Origin: Verrucomicrobiota bacterium
GTDB taxonomy: Bacteria; Verrucomicrobiota; Verrucomicrobiia; Limisphaerales; SXQI01
Length of the DNA stretch: 41,491 bases
Direction of reading: 5' to 3'
NCBI GenBank assembly: GCA_033762115.1
Contig: JANRLX010000002.1
Coordinates: forward strand, 1-41,491
Below, piece by piece: positions 1 to 8,892 of this stretch (position 1 is its first letter; every line of letters starts with the position of its first letter). A model generated the notes under the pieces. It saw only the letters and a program-made list of their open reading frames with translations. It was not told the origin of the DNA and did no database searches. The translations under genes were made by a program, and so were the position numbers.

Positions 1-110
1 TCTTCACCAGCGACTTCATCGAAATGTGGGTCAGCCACAAGCGGAAGGAACATGACGCCCTCCGCCTCCGCCCCCATCCATACGAATTCTTCCTCTACTA
101 CGACGTCTAG
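1..110 (+). CDS. glnA: Glutamine synthetase type I, C-terminal end (5'-truncated by window edge)
   Basis: Frame starting at base 3 reads [35 protein letters not shown], with TAG at 108-110. RPHPYEFxLYYDV is the characteristic GSI C-terminus. Not in the ORF track. Confidence 0.92.
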   Translation, partial: FTSDFIEMWVSHKRKEHDALRLRPHPYEFFLYYDV

Positions 111-150
111 TCCACCGCAGGGAAGAAAAGGTTAAACCCCTTTCCAACAG

Positions 151-180
151 AACCGGCGCCTCACCAGCGCCGGTTTTTTT
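151..180 (+). terminator. Intrinsic terminator after glnA
   Basis: Stem AACCGGCGC (151-159), loop CTCACCA, GCGCCGGTT (167-175), continuing into a T run to 180. Confidence 0.9.
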
Positions 181-238
181 ATTCCTGAAAAAGAAATTTG
201 AACCTGACACTGCCCTGGTATTGTGATAAAGCGAACGA

Positions 239-1177
239 ATGCGCCCCCTGGTATTGCTTCTCACGTTCTTTATTGCATGGAACGTATTCGGCCAAATCAC
301 AACCAACGGTGTTCGACTGATCCAAAAAACCGATCGGGTCACAGTGGAAATCGATGGGAAATTGTTTACAGAATACTGTTACAGCAATACTTCACGGCCG
401 TATCTTTTCCCAATGTTGGCCCCCGGCCAAATTTCAATGACCCGTCATTGGCCGATGCAAAACCCTCCCGGTGAAGAGCATGATCATCCACATCACCGCG
501 CCTGGTGGTACGCCCATGGAAATGTGAACGGGCACGACTTCTGGATGGAAGGAGCCCAGGCTGGCAAAACGGTTCATCATCAATTTCTTGATATTAAATC
601 AGGTCCGAATGAAGGAATCCTCAAAACTTCCACAAAGTGGATGACTGCAAAGGGAGAGTCATTGATGACGGATGAACGTATTTATCGCTTCAGTCGTGAA
701 GGGGAAGACCGGGTGCTTGATTTTCAAATTACGTTGATCGCTTCAGAAACTGACCTGGTTTTTGGCGATACAAAGGAAGGAACGATGGCCATGCGCGTGG
801 CGGAAAGCATGCGAGTCAAGGGGGAGCATGCAACAGGTCATATCCTGAACAGCGAAGGAATGATCGATGGAAACACCTGGGGTAAGCGCGCCAGGTGGTG
901 CGCTTATTATGGTAAATCGGAAGATAAAGCGGTGGGGGTGGCTATTTTCGATCATCCTTCCAATTTTCGTCATCCCACCTGGTGGCATGTGCGTGATTAT
1001 GGGCTTTTTGCAGCGAATCCATTCGGAATTCACGATTTTGAAAAACAGCCGGGCAAACCGGGAGAAATGCCCTTAAAGAAGGGTGAAAGGAAAACTTTCA
1101 AATATCGTTTTCTCTTTTATCAGGGGGAACGTTCCAGAGAACAACTGGATAAATCGTTTACGCTTTTTGCTCAGTAA
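239..1177 (+). CDS. Secreted DUF6807/'PmoA-family' (PF14100-like) protein
   Basis: N-terminal signal peptide; motifs RPYLFP, DHPHHR, FGDTKEG, WHVRDYGLFAANPFG typical of this family. Not a true methane monooxygenase subunit. Confidence 0.8.
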   Translation: MRPLVLLLTFFIAWNVFGQITTNGVRLIQKTDRVTVEIDGKLFTEYCYSNTSRPYLFPMLAPGQISMTRHWPMQNPPGEEHDHPHHRAWWYAHGNVNGHDFWMEGAQAGKTVHHQFLDIKSGPNEGILKTSTKWMTAKGESLMTDERIYRFSREGEDRVLDFQITLIASETDLVFGDTKEGTMAMRVAESMRVKGEHATGHILNSEGMIDGNTWGKRARWCAYYGKSEDKAVGVAIFDHPSNFRHPTWWHVRDYGLFAANPFGIHDFEKQPGKPGEMPLKKGERKTFKYRFLFYQGERSREQLDKSFTLFAQ

Positions 1178-1179
1178 CT

Positions 1180-2586
1180 CTACACTTTTACCTGTTTCCA
1201 ATCCCCTTTTCGAAACAGGTAAATACTGATGAACGCCATGAGCGAAAAGGCGACTGATTGCGAAATGTAAACGCCAGTAGTCCCAAGATTAAAATAACGG
1301 GAGAGCACCCATGCCAGGGGAAGCTGCACCACCCAAAAGCAGATAAAATTCATCAACGTGGGTGTTTTCGTGTCCCCCGCCCCGTTAAACGATTGGCTGA
1401 TGACCATTCCGTAAGCAAAAAAGATATACCCCAGGCAAATGATTCTCAGGCAGTAAACGCCATTTCTGACCGCGTCCGGATCATGCGTGAAGAGATGGAG
1501 AATTGGATAGGCGAAGGTTATGAAAATGATCGAGACGCAGGTCAAAAAGATCATGTTATAAAAGGCGGCGGTCCAAACTGACTTCTCAGCACGATCCGGT
1601 TGCCGGGCACCAAGGTTTTGCCCCACCAATGTCGCTGCGGCATTGGACAATCCCCAGGAAGGCAGGATCGTGAACACGATAATCCGAATTGCGATTGTGT
1701 AGCCTGCCACCGCGCTGCTCCCAAAGGTCGCCAGGATCCGCATCAAGACAATCCAGCTCGCCGAGTGCAGGAGAAACTGGCTCATTCCACCAATGGCCAC
1801 CTTGAACATCTCCAGAATCGTGCCTGAATTGAGTCCCCAATTTTCAGCCAGGATACGAATCAATGACTTGCTGCTGGTGAGCATGCGGAATTGGTAAAGC
1901 ACTGCGATACCGCGTCCCAGGGTTGTGGCCACGGCTGCTCCTGTCACTCCCAGTTCAGGAAACGGCCCCAGGCCAAAAATAAAGAATGGCCCGAGCACCA
2001 TGTTTAAAATATTCGCCAGCCAGAGCACGCGCATGGCAATGGCAGCATCCCCGGCACCGCGGAAAATTGCGTTATTCAAAAAGAGAAACATGATGATCAC
2101 ATTTGCTCCCAGTTCGATTCGCATGAAATTGCTGCCAATGCTGACCACTGAATCGGAAGCGCCCATCAATTTCATGATCTGCGGCGCAAAGAAAATCCCT
2201 GCGATGCTCAACGGAATTGAAATGAAAAATGCCAGGTAAATTGCCTGGACCGCGTTCTTTGCCGCCTCATCAAACTTCTTCTCCCCCGCGCGGCGGGCCA
2301 CAAACGCAGTCGCCGCCATGCTCAGGCCGACTGCAATGGCGTAGATAATCATCATGACTGATTCCGTGATCCCCACCGTTGCCACTGCATCCACGCCAAT
2401 GCGGCTGACATAGAACACATCCACGACCGCGAACAGCGATTCCATCACCATTTCCAGGATCATCGGCACGGCCAGCATAAAGAGCGCGCGTTTGATTGTT
2501 CCCTGGGTGAAATCTTTTTCATCGCCACGAATGGCGGCCTTGAAAGATGCAAAAAATCCCTGCTCCGTTGTTTCCTGGGTTTTCAC
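1180..2586 (-). CDS. MATE family efflux transporter
   Basis: About 12 hydrophobic segments; two MatE repeats (FRGAGD, FNGAGDTKTP; LGVTGAAVAT); GTG start with GGGAGGA SD. Confidence 0.93.
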   Translation of the reverse strand: MKTQETTEQGFFASFKAAIRGDEKDFTQGTIKRALFMLAVPMILEMVMESLFAVVDVFYVSRIGVDAVATVGITESVMMIIYAIAVGLSMAATAFVARRAGEKKFDEAAKNAVQAIYLAFFISIPLSIAGIFFAPQIMKLMGASDSVVSIGSNFMRIELGANVIIMFLFLNNAIFRGAGDAAIAMRVLWLANILNMVLGPFFIFGLGPFPELGVTGAAVATTLGRGIAVLYQFRMLTSSKSLIRILAENWGLNSGTILEMFKVAIGGMSQFLLHSASWIVLMRILATFGSSAVAGYTIAIRIIVFTILPSWGLSNAAATLVGQNLGARQPDRAEKSVWTAAFYNMIFLTCVSIIFITFAYPILHLFTHDPDAVRNGVYCLRIICLGYIFFAYGMVISQSFNGAGDTKTPTLMNFICFWVVQLPLAWVLSRYFNLGTTGVYISQSVAFSLMAFISIYLFRKGDWKQVKV

Positions 2587-2668
2587 AATGATCCTCCCGC
2601 ACTCCTGGCGAGGAATGGAAGGTGCATGAAAGTTGGTTTCTGAACAAGCCGATCTTCAAACCTCCAGC

Positions 2669-3109
2669 TTAAGCAAACAAACGCAGAAGCTGCTCCCGCC
2701 GAAAATCGAAGATTTTAACAAGATCCGGTTTTACAATCAGGCAATCGATCCACCTGCCTCCGGGTGCGGAATAGGTAATGTGGTCCAGGCAGCGCGTCCC
2801 GCCATTTTCCTCGATGAAGGTGTGTTCATGAATCCATTTGCGATAAGGCCCCGCCAACTGCTCATCTACAAAGCGCACAGGAGGTTCCCATACGGTGATC
2901 TTGGTCCGCCATCTGATGGGAAAACCATGCAGGTGAATCCTGTAATCGATCAAAGTCCCTTCCACAATCGAATCGGGAACAGGCGGTAAAATTTCAAAAT
3001 GAAGAAATGACGGGGTGATGATTTCCAGGTTCCTGGCCTCGGAAAAGAATTGGAACAGCTTTTCACGGCTTCGCGGAAGAAACAGCTCACATTGAAAATA
3101 ACGGTCCAT
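2669..3109 (-). CDS. SRPBCC family protein
   Basis: FFSEARNLEIITP, FVDEQLAGPYRKWIHEHTF, IFDFRR motifs. Start moved to ATG 3109 because the longer ORF overlaps the upstream gene. Confidence 0.85.
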   Translation of the reverse strand: MDRYFQCELFLPRSREKLFQFFSEARNLEIITPSFLHFEILPPVPDSIVEGTLIDYRIHLHGFPIRWRTKITVWEPPVRFVDEQLAGPYRKWIHEHTFIEENGGTRCLDHITYSAPGGRWIDCLIVKPDLVKIFDFRREQLLRLFA

Positions 3110-3129
3110 TCTACGCCCTTGTTTGCATG

Positions 3130-3810
3130 CTATCGATCCGAGAAAATACTCGCCATTACCACTTCCTTGATTTTCCAGATCAGGGTCATGGTCATTGCCA
3201 TTGGCAGCAGGATCATGAAAATCAACAACCATTGACGGGTGATTTCCAATGCCTGCATCATCATTCGAAGCGCGTCAGGAATTTCGCGCATTTGCCGTAC
3301 CGTGACATACCCGGTGATCAGGATCAGAATACCGCACAACAAATAAAGGTTCATGCTTCCAAAAAAGCGGGTTTCCATTCGCAACGTTTCATCCGGCAGC
3401 ATGGCTGCAAGCCGTTGAAGTGATTGGTTCAGGTTAAAAAGGAACAGCAGCCCTGACAGCATCAACAGAAGAACCGAAAAAAAGTAAAAATTATTGCTTG
3501 GGACACGGTTCCACCAAAAAATGAAAGGGGCGAGCCCCACATTGATCAAGGCCAGCAGCTTGGTTCGATCCAGTGCGTGCCGCCAAACCCGTTCCTGCGG
3601 ATGGAAGTAGGCCAACTGCGTCAGGCCGTAATAAACCAATCCTGTTGCAATCAGGGGTGGAAATATCCCCAGGGGGCGCAAATAATCGCTGACCGCTGTT
3701 TTGACGCAGACGAGCAATGCCAGGGGCAAGCCCCAGAAAAGCGCGGAAAGCCCCCTGACCAATCGGCCCAAAGAACGGAGTAGATCAGCTTTCGCTGCAA
3801 TTTCAGGCAC
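3130..3810 (-). CDS. Hypothetical integral membrane protein (about 6 TM)
   Basis: 226-aa ORF with multiple hydrophobic helices, packed 3 nt behind the speA stop. Confidence 0.8.
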   Translation of the reverse strand: MPEIAAKADLLRSLGRLVRGLSALFWGLPLALLVCVKTAVSDYLRPLGIFPPLIATGLVYYGLTQLAYFHPQERVWRHALDRTKLLALINVGLAPFIFWWNRVPSNNFYFFSVLLLMLSGLLFLFNLNQSLQRLAAMLPDETLRMETRFFGSMNLYLLCGILILITGYVTVRQMREIPDALRMMMQALEITRQWLLIFMILLPMAMTMTLIWKIKEVVMASIFSDR

Positions 3811-3813
3811 GCG

Positions 3814-5757
3814 TCAGAAATTAAGGTAAGTGTACTCGCGCAACCCTTTTTCATAGTCGTCGAGCAATCGCATTCCCTCAGAAGGCTTTAACCGGTCCCT
3901 TTTGATCGCTTCATCGATCTGTGCTTTCATCTGCCGCTTCAATTCATTCTCATCGTACTGCACCGCTCCCAGCGCCTGGACAATGGTGTTCCCCTCAATG
4001 ATTTCCTCCACGTAGTACCCACTGGGTTCGTCAGGATCCAGAAAAACATGGACTTCATTCACTCTCCCGAAAAGGTTATGCAAATCACCCATGATGTCCT
4101 GGTAAGCCCCCATGAGAAAAAAACCGAGGTAATACGGTTCGGTAGTTCCGTTGCCATTTTGCGAGGTCAGTGCATGCAGCGGGAGGGTGTCACGCACGTC
4201 TCTCAAATCGATAAATTTATTGATCTGCCCGTCAGAATCACAGGTGATATCCACCAGCGTGGCTTCACGCGTGGGTTGCTGGTTCAAACGACTGATCGGC
4301 ATGATCGGAAACAGCTGACCCAAGGCCCAATGGTCCAGCAATGATTGAAACACGGAAAAATTACAAAGGTACTGGTCACCAAGGCTGTCTTCCAATTTCC
4401 GGATTTCCTCAGGAATGTAGGCCTGCCCCTTGAAACTCGCCACCACATCCTCGCTGATTTGCCAATAAAGATTCTCGATCTTGGCTTTGTCAGGCAACTC
4501 CATCAGCCCCAGGGTGAACATATTATGCGCATCCTCCTTCCGTTCAAGCGCATCATGGTAAGCTTCCAGCTTGTTCAGCTTGGCAAAATTTTTGCGAATA
4601 TCCAACAACTCGCGAACCAATGGATGTTCCGTTTCACCGAAGTTGTCGTTGGATTCAGGCCGTGTTTTTCCAATTGCGCCGAACACTTCCACGATTAAAA
4701 CGCTGTGATGCGCAACGATTGCGCGGCCACTTTCGCTGACGATGTCTGGATGCGGCACCTTCTCCGCGTTACAGACATCCGCAACATAATAAACAACGTC
4801 ATTTGTATATTCCTGCAATGTGTAATTGGTCGAGCTGTCAAAAGCGGACCGGCTGCCATCGTAATCCACCCCAAGACCACCCCCGACATCAAGGAACTCA
4901 ATCTGGAATCCCATCTTGTAAAGCTTGGCGTAGAAACGCGCCGCCTCCTGGACTGCTTTCTTGATCGTGAGGATATCCGGTACCTGTGAGCCAATATGAA
5001 AATGAAGGAGCTTAAATGATTGGGTAAGGTTTTCAGCCTTCAACAATTCCGTTGCTTCCAACAATTCGCTCGTGCTCAACCCGAACTTTGCATTTTCCCC
5101 GCCGCTTTCGGCCCATTTGCCTGCGCCTTTGCTTGAGAGCCGCGCCCGGATCCCTACCATCGGCTCCACTCCCACCTGCTTGGAAAGCCCGATGATCTGC
5201 TTTAGTTCGGAAAGCTTCTCGACCACCATGATGACTTTTCGCCCGAGCTTCGTCCCCATCAACGCCATTTTGATAAATGTCGCATCCTTGTATCCGTTGC
5301 AGATAATCAACCCGCCGCTCTGGTTCTGTAAGGCCAGCCCTGCAAACAGTTCCGGCTTGCTGCCAACCTCGAGGCCAAACTGAAACGGCTTGCCCGCATC
5401 CAAAATCTCCTCCACCACCTCCCGAAGCTGGTTGACCTTGATCGGAAAAACCCCTCGATACTTCCCATTGTAATTGAATTCGACCATCGAGTTGCGAAAA
5501 GCAGTGTTGATCGATTCCACCCGGTGGCGAAGAATATCCTGGAAACGAATCAGTAGCGGAAAGCGCAGGTTACGCGCTTTGGCTTCCTCCACCACATCGG
5601 TAATATCAACTGTCGCTCCACCATCCTGCAAGGGTGTGGCAACCACATGCCCTTCTTCATTGATGTCGAAATAACGGGCTCCCCACCGATCAATATTATA
5701 AAGAGTCCGCGCTGTTTGCGTGCTCCAGGTTTTTGCCGGGTCTGACAAATCACTCAT
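3814..5757 (-). CDS. speA: Biosynthetic arginine decarboxylase
   Basis: PLP lysine motif FPIKVNQ; GLEVGSKPEL, HFHIGSQ, DVGGGLGVDYDG, SESGRA, DITCDSDG, GAYQDIMGDLHNLFG. Confidence 0.97.
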   Translation of the reverse strand: MSDLSDPAKTWSTQTARTLYNIDRWGARYFDINEEGHVVATPLQDGGATVDITDVVEEAKARNLRFPLLIRFQDILRHRVESINTAFRNSMVEFNYNGKYRGVFPIKVNQLREVVEEILDAGKPFQFGLEVGSKPELFAGLALQNQSGGLIICNGYKDATFIKMALMGTKLGRKVIMVVEKLSELKQIIGLSKQVGVEPMVGIRARLSSKGAGKWAESGGENAKFGLSTSELLEATELLKAENLTQSFKLLHFHIGSQVPDILTIKKAVQEAARFYAKLYKMGFQIEFLDVGGGLGVDYDGSRSAFDSSTNYTLQEYTNDVVYYVADVCNAEKVPHPDIVSESGRAIVAHHSVLIVEVFGAIGKTRPESNDNFGETEHPLVRELLDIRKNFAKLNKLEAYHDALERKEDAHNMFTLGLMELPDKAKIENLYWQISEDVVASFKGQAYIPEEIRKLEDSLGDQYLCNFSVFQSLLDHWALGQLFPIMPISRLNQQPTREATLVDITCDSDGQINKFIDLRDVRDTLPLHALTSQNGNGTTEPYYLGFFLMGAYQDIMGDLHNLFGRVNEVHVFLDPDEPSGYYVEEIIEGNTIVQALGAVQYDENELKRQMKAQIDEAIKRDRLKPSEGMRLLDDYEKGLREYTYLNF

Positions 5758-5843
5758 CTTTATTACTCGCCGAACGCAAACGTTTCACCACCGCTCCACC
5801 GTTAATCTTTTGGGATTGCAAGCGTTCAGACTGATTGAGCGCG

Positions 5844-5871
5844 ACTATAGGACGCTCTCTACAGAACGCAA
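5844..5871 (-). promoter_or_regulatory. Sigma70-type promoter of speA
   Basis: Minus strand TTGCGT-N16-TATAGT, about 86 nt upstream of the ATG. Confidence 0.55.
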
Positions 5872-5877
5872 CAAGTG

Positions 5878-6090
5878 TCATGAAAATTTTCCGTCACGGA
5901 CTTCTCCCCCCGTTTTCGGAGCCGGGTTCACTTGAACCCTGCCTTTCCGGGCGTTCTCCGCGATTTTTACCCGGCGACGCCTTGCTCCCTCTGCCAAAGT
6001 ATCAGATGGTGAGGATTCATTAGTTGCTTCCGCAGCAATTTCAGTTATGAAACTGATCGGTTCCGGCGAGTTGTAACCTTCCTTGGGCAT
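5878..6090 (-). CDS. Possible small hypothetical protein (70 aa)
   Basis: ATG ORF filling an otherwise empty gap, preceded by TTGGAA-N17-CATCAT 5 nt before the ATG. No recognisable motif. Confidence 0.3.
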   Translation of the reverse strand: MPKEGYNSPEPISFITEIAAEATNESSPSDTLAEGARRRRVKIAENARKGRVQVNPAPKTGGEVRDGKFS

Positions 6091-6179
6091 ACATCATGAT
6101 GCACCACGATGACCCGATTTCCAACCCCTGCGGGAGAGATTTGCCAAGTTGCCCTCCTCACGTTAATTAGAGTGAAGAC

Positions 6180-7034
6180 ATGGCAGCGTTTGCAAATGGT
6201 CCAGCCGATGGGGAGGTGCCTCAACCTCACCAGTTTGGACCTTATTTCCTTCATGAGCTGATCAATCGTGGCGGAATGGCGGAAATCTGGCTGGCCACGG
6301 ATGAAAGCAAGCAAACCTGCGCTGTCCGTCGTCTTCATTCCGTGGGGACCTTCGATTTTACAACCAAGAAGCGCTTTTTTCGCGGATGCGAGGTACTGTC
6401 CAAAATCTCCCATCACCCTTTGGTCATCAGTTATCTGAACCATGGGAAAATCAACGGCACTCCTTATTGTGCCATGGAGTACATTGAAGGAAACAATCTA
6501 AAGCTGCTTTTCGCCGAGGGCGACCCTCTGCTCCAGGAAAACATCGGGGAAATTCTTTTGGACATGGCTTCAGCCCTGGAACATGTCCATGACAGCGGGT
6601 TCATGCACCTCGATTACAAACCGGAAAATGTTATCGTCAGCCGAAATGCCAGCCTGCGCCTGGTTGATTTTGATCTCGCCCTCGAAAAACCGGAGAAACC
6701 GATCAAACTCAAGAGCAACCCCGGCACTCCTGCCTACATGGCACCTGAGCAACTGCTCCGGCAGCCTTTGGATGCCCGCGTGGACATCTTTGCTTTTGGG
6801 GTCTCAGCCTACGAGTTGCTGACCAACGAAAAACCATTTCCCGGAGAAACCCCTGACGAAATCCTCAGAAAACAATTGCAACGCTCCGATTTCAAGCGGC
6901 CCCGCGAATTGAACCCTGATATTCCCGTAAAGCTCGAAGCCGTTATCCTTAAATGCATCGAAACCGACATGGATCAACGCTACCCTTACATGAGTGTGTT
7001 GATAAGGGATTTACAACAAGCGCTTTACGTTTAG
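6180..7034 (+). CDS. Hanks-type Ser/Thr kinase-fold protein with atypical catalytic motifs
   Basis: RGGMAEIW, MEYIEG, HLDYKPEN, DFDLA, GTPAYMAPE, DIFAFG motifs; kinase domain only. Confidence 0.9.
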   Translation: MAAFANGPADGEVPQPHQFGPYFLHELINRGGMAEIWLATDESKQTCAVRRLHSVGTFDFTTKKRFFRGCEVLSKISHHPLVISYLNHGKINGTPYCAMEYIEGNNLKLLFAEGDPLLQENIGEILLDMASALEHVHDSGFMHLDYKPENVIVSRNASLRLVDFDLALEKPEKPIKLKSNPGTPAYMAPEQLLRQPLDARVDIFAFGVSAYELLTNEKPFPGETPDEILRKQLQRSDFKRPRELNPDIPVKLEAVILKCIETDMDQRYPYMSVLIRDLQQALYV

Positions 7035-7073
7035 AGCAAATCAGGAACGACCCCGCTGCCGGAGAGAGGAAAG

Positions 7074-7388
7074 TTACGCTGCCAGCGGCGGAACATCCAG
7101 CGAGACAAGCATCTTATCGGTATCTGAAAAATCCCCAATAATACGGCGGGAAGGCTTCGGGACTTTGCGCACCAGCGTGGGAATGGCCAATACCTGGTCA
7201 AGGCACCCCATATCAGGAGTTTTTACGAGATCAATGACTTCCAGGAAATAACGCCCAGGCAAATGCTCTTCGCAGATTCGCTTCAAATTACTGTAGGCAA
7301 CCGTGCATTTGACGCTGTTGCTCATGATGTAGAGCTTTAAATCCCACACTTCTGCACTGCCAGCGTTATTGGAGGGAGGGATTTTCAT
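7074..7388 (-). CDS. kaiB: KaiB-family protein (orphan)
   Basis: LKLYI...NLKRICEEHL.GRY.LEVID...DQVLAIPTLVRK.PKP.RRIIGD matches the KaiB domain. ATG 7388 preferred to the ORF-track start at 7424. Confidence 0.85.
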   Translation of the reverse strand: MKIPPSNNAGSAEVWDLKLYIMSNSVKCTVAYSNLKRICEEHLPGRYFLEVIDLVKTPDMGCLDQVLAIPTLVRKVPKPSRRIIGDFSDTDKMLVSLDVPPLAA

Positions 7389-7461
7389 GAGTACAGTTCG
7401 GTCAATGGCCAAGGTAACCCGCATACATCAGCGGAGCAAATAAAAAACGCCAGGCATTTCA

Positions 7462-7489
7462 TTGAATTCCTCAGGAAGGTGGTTAGCAT
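7462..7489 (+). promoter_or_regulatory. Sigma70-type promoter of the dedA operon (near-leaderless)
   Basis: TTGAAT-N16-TAGCAT, 9 nt before ATG 7499, no SD. Confidence 0.5.
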
Positions 7490-7498
7490 CCGGGCCGA

Positions 7499-8158
7499 AT
7501 GGAAGCTATTAAAACACTCATCGACTTTATTCTGCATATGCAGAATCACCTCGATAACATGGTTCAAACCCTTGGTCCCTGGGTTTATGTGATTTTGTTT
7601 CTGATCATTTTTTGTGAAACCGGGCTGGTTGTGACTCCCTTTCTGCCGGGCGATTCTCTCCTCTTCGCTGTCGGTGCGATTGCGGCCAGACCAAACACAA
7701 TTGATATTACCCTTGTGATCGTGCTTCTTTGCGTGGCAGCCATTCTGGGAGATACCTTGAACTACTGGATCGGGCATTTCTTTGGCCCGAAGGTGTTCAA
7801 ATCAAACACTCGCTTCCTCAACAAAGATCATTTGATTCGAACCCATGAATTCTACGAACGTTACGGCGGCAAAACCATCATCATTGCCCGTTTTGTTCCG
7901 ATTATCCGAACCTTTGCGCCATTCGTGGCGGGAATCGGCAGGATGACCTATTCCCGTTTCATGATGTTCAATGTGGTCGGCGGACTCCTCTGGATCTGTT
8001 CCCTGACTCTTGCAGGATATTTTTTCGGGAATTTTGAAGTGGTGAAGAAAAATTTCGGCCTCGTCATCATCATGATCATTATTTTGTCCGTCCTCCCGGC
8101 CGTCGTTGAATTCTACCGGGAACGAAGCCGTATCCGCAAGCAGGGTCCAAAAGCATGA
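7499..8158 (+). CDS. dedA: DedA family membrane protein
   Basis: FCETGLVVTPFLPGDSLLF, GDTLNYWIG, ARFVPIIRTFAPFVAG. Confidence 0.95.
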   Translation: MEAIKTLIDFILHMQNHLDNMVQTLGPWVYVILFLIIFCETGLVVTPFLPGDSLLFAVGAIAARPNTIDITLVIVLLCVAAILGDTLNYWIGHFFGPKVFKSNTRFLNKDHLIRTHEFYERYGGKTIIIARFVPIIRTFAPFVAGIGRMTYSRFMMFNVVGGLLWICSLTLAGYFFGNFEVVKKNFGLVIIMIIILSVLPAVVEFYRERSRIRKQGPKA

Positions 8159-8886
8159 CCGAAACGCTGGTTGTCAATGAAGTTTATCTCAGTCTCCAGG
8201 GGGAAAGCACCTTTGCGGGCCTTCCCTGTGTCTTTGTCCGGTTGACTGCCTGCAATCTGCGCTGCTCCTACTGCGATACCGCCTACGCTTTCACGGAAGG
8301 AACCAAACAGACGATTGTCGAGGTGATTTCGAAAATCGAACTTCTCGCCGAACCCTATCAAGAATTCAAGCAGCATAAACTTCCTTTGGTGGAACTCACC
8401 GGGGGAGAACCTCTCCTCCAGCCCAATTCCCTCCTGCTCATGAAGCAACTGGCTGACGCAGGATTCACTGTGCTGATCGAAACCAGCGGTGCGCATGACA
8501 TCTCGAAAATCGATCCACGGGTCCACCGGATCATGGATTTGAAATGCCCCTCCAGCGGCGAAGTCGCCCGCAATCATTTCGAAAATATTCTCCACCTGAA
8601 AAAAACGGATGAAATAAAATTCGTGATCGGCACCTTCCAGGATTATCAGTGGGCAAAAGAACAGTTACTGCGCTGGAATCTGCCGGAAATTTGTCCGGTG
8701 CTTTTTTCCTGGGTTTCGCCACTCCTGGAGCATCAGCGAAACAAGGTCCTCAAACCCGTTCCCGAAGGTCATACCCCTTTGGACCGTCGCCAGCTCGTGG
8801 AACAAATCATTGCAGATGCATTGCCTGTTCGCTTCCAGCTCCAGATGCATAAATTTATCTGGCCACCGGATGAACGGGGTGTCTGA
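8155..8886 (+). CDS. queE: 7-carboxy-7-deazaguanine synthase (radical SAM)
   Basis: SLQGES, FVRLTACNLRCSYCDT (CX3CX2C), TGGEPLLQ, IETSG, QMHK; ATGA overlap with dedA. Confidence 0.88.
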   Translation: MTETLVVNEVYLSLQGESTFAGLPCVFVRLTACNLRCSYCDTAYAFTEGTKQTIVEVISKIELLAEPYQEFKQHKLPLVELTGGEPLLQPNSLLLMKQLADAGFTVLIETSGAHDISKIDPRVHRIMDLKCPSSGEVARNHFENILHLKKTDEIKFVIGTFQDYQWAKEQLLRWNLPEICPVLFSWVSPLLEHQRNKVLKPVPEGHTPLDRRQLVEQIIADALPVRFQLQMHKFIWPPDERGV

Positions 8887-8892
8887 CGGCAC

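Noticed and set aside
239..1177. Methane oxidation implied by the 'PmoA' family name
   Set aside because: Soluble secreted protein without the TM helices of pMMO subunit A; no pmoB or pmoC nearby.
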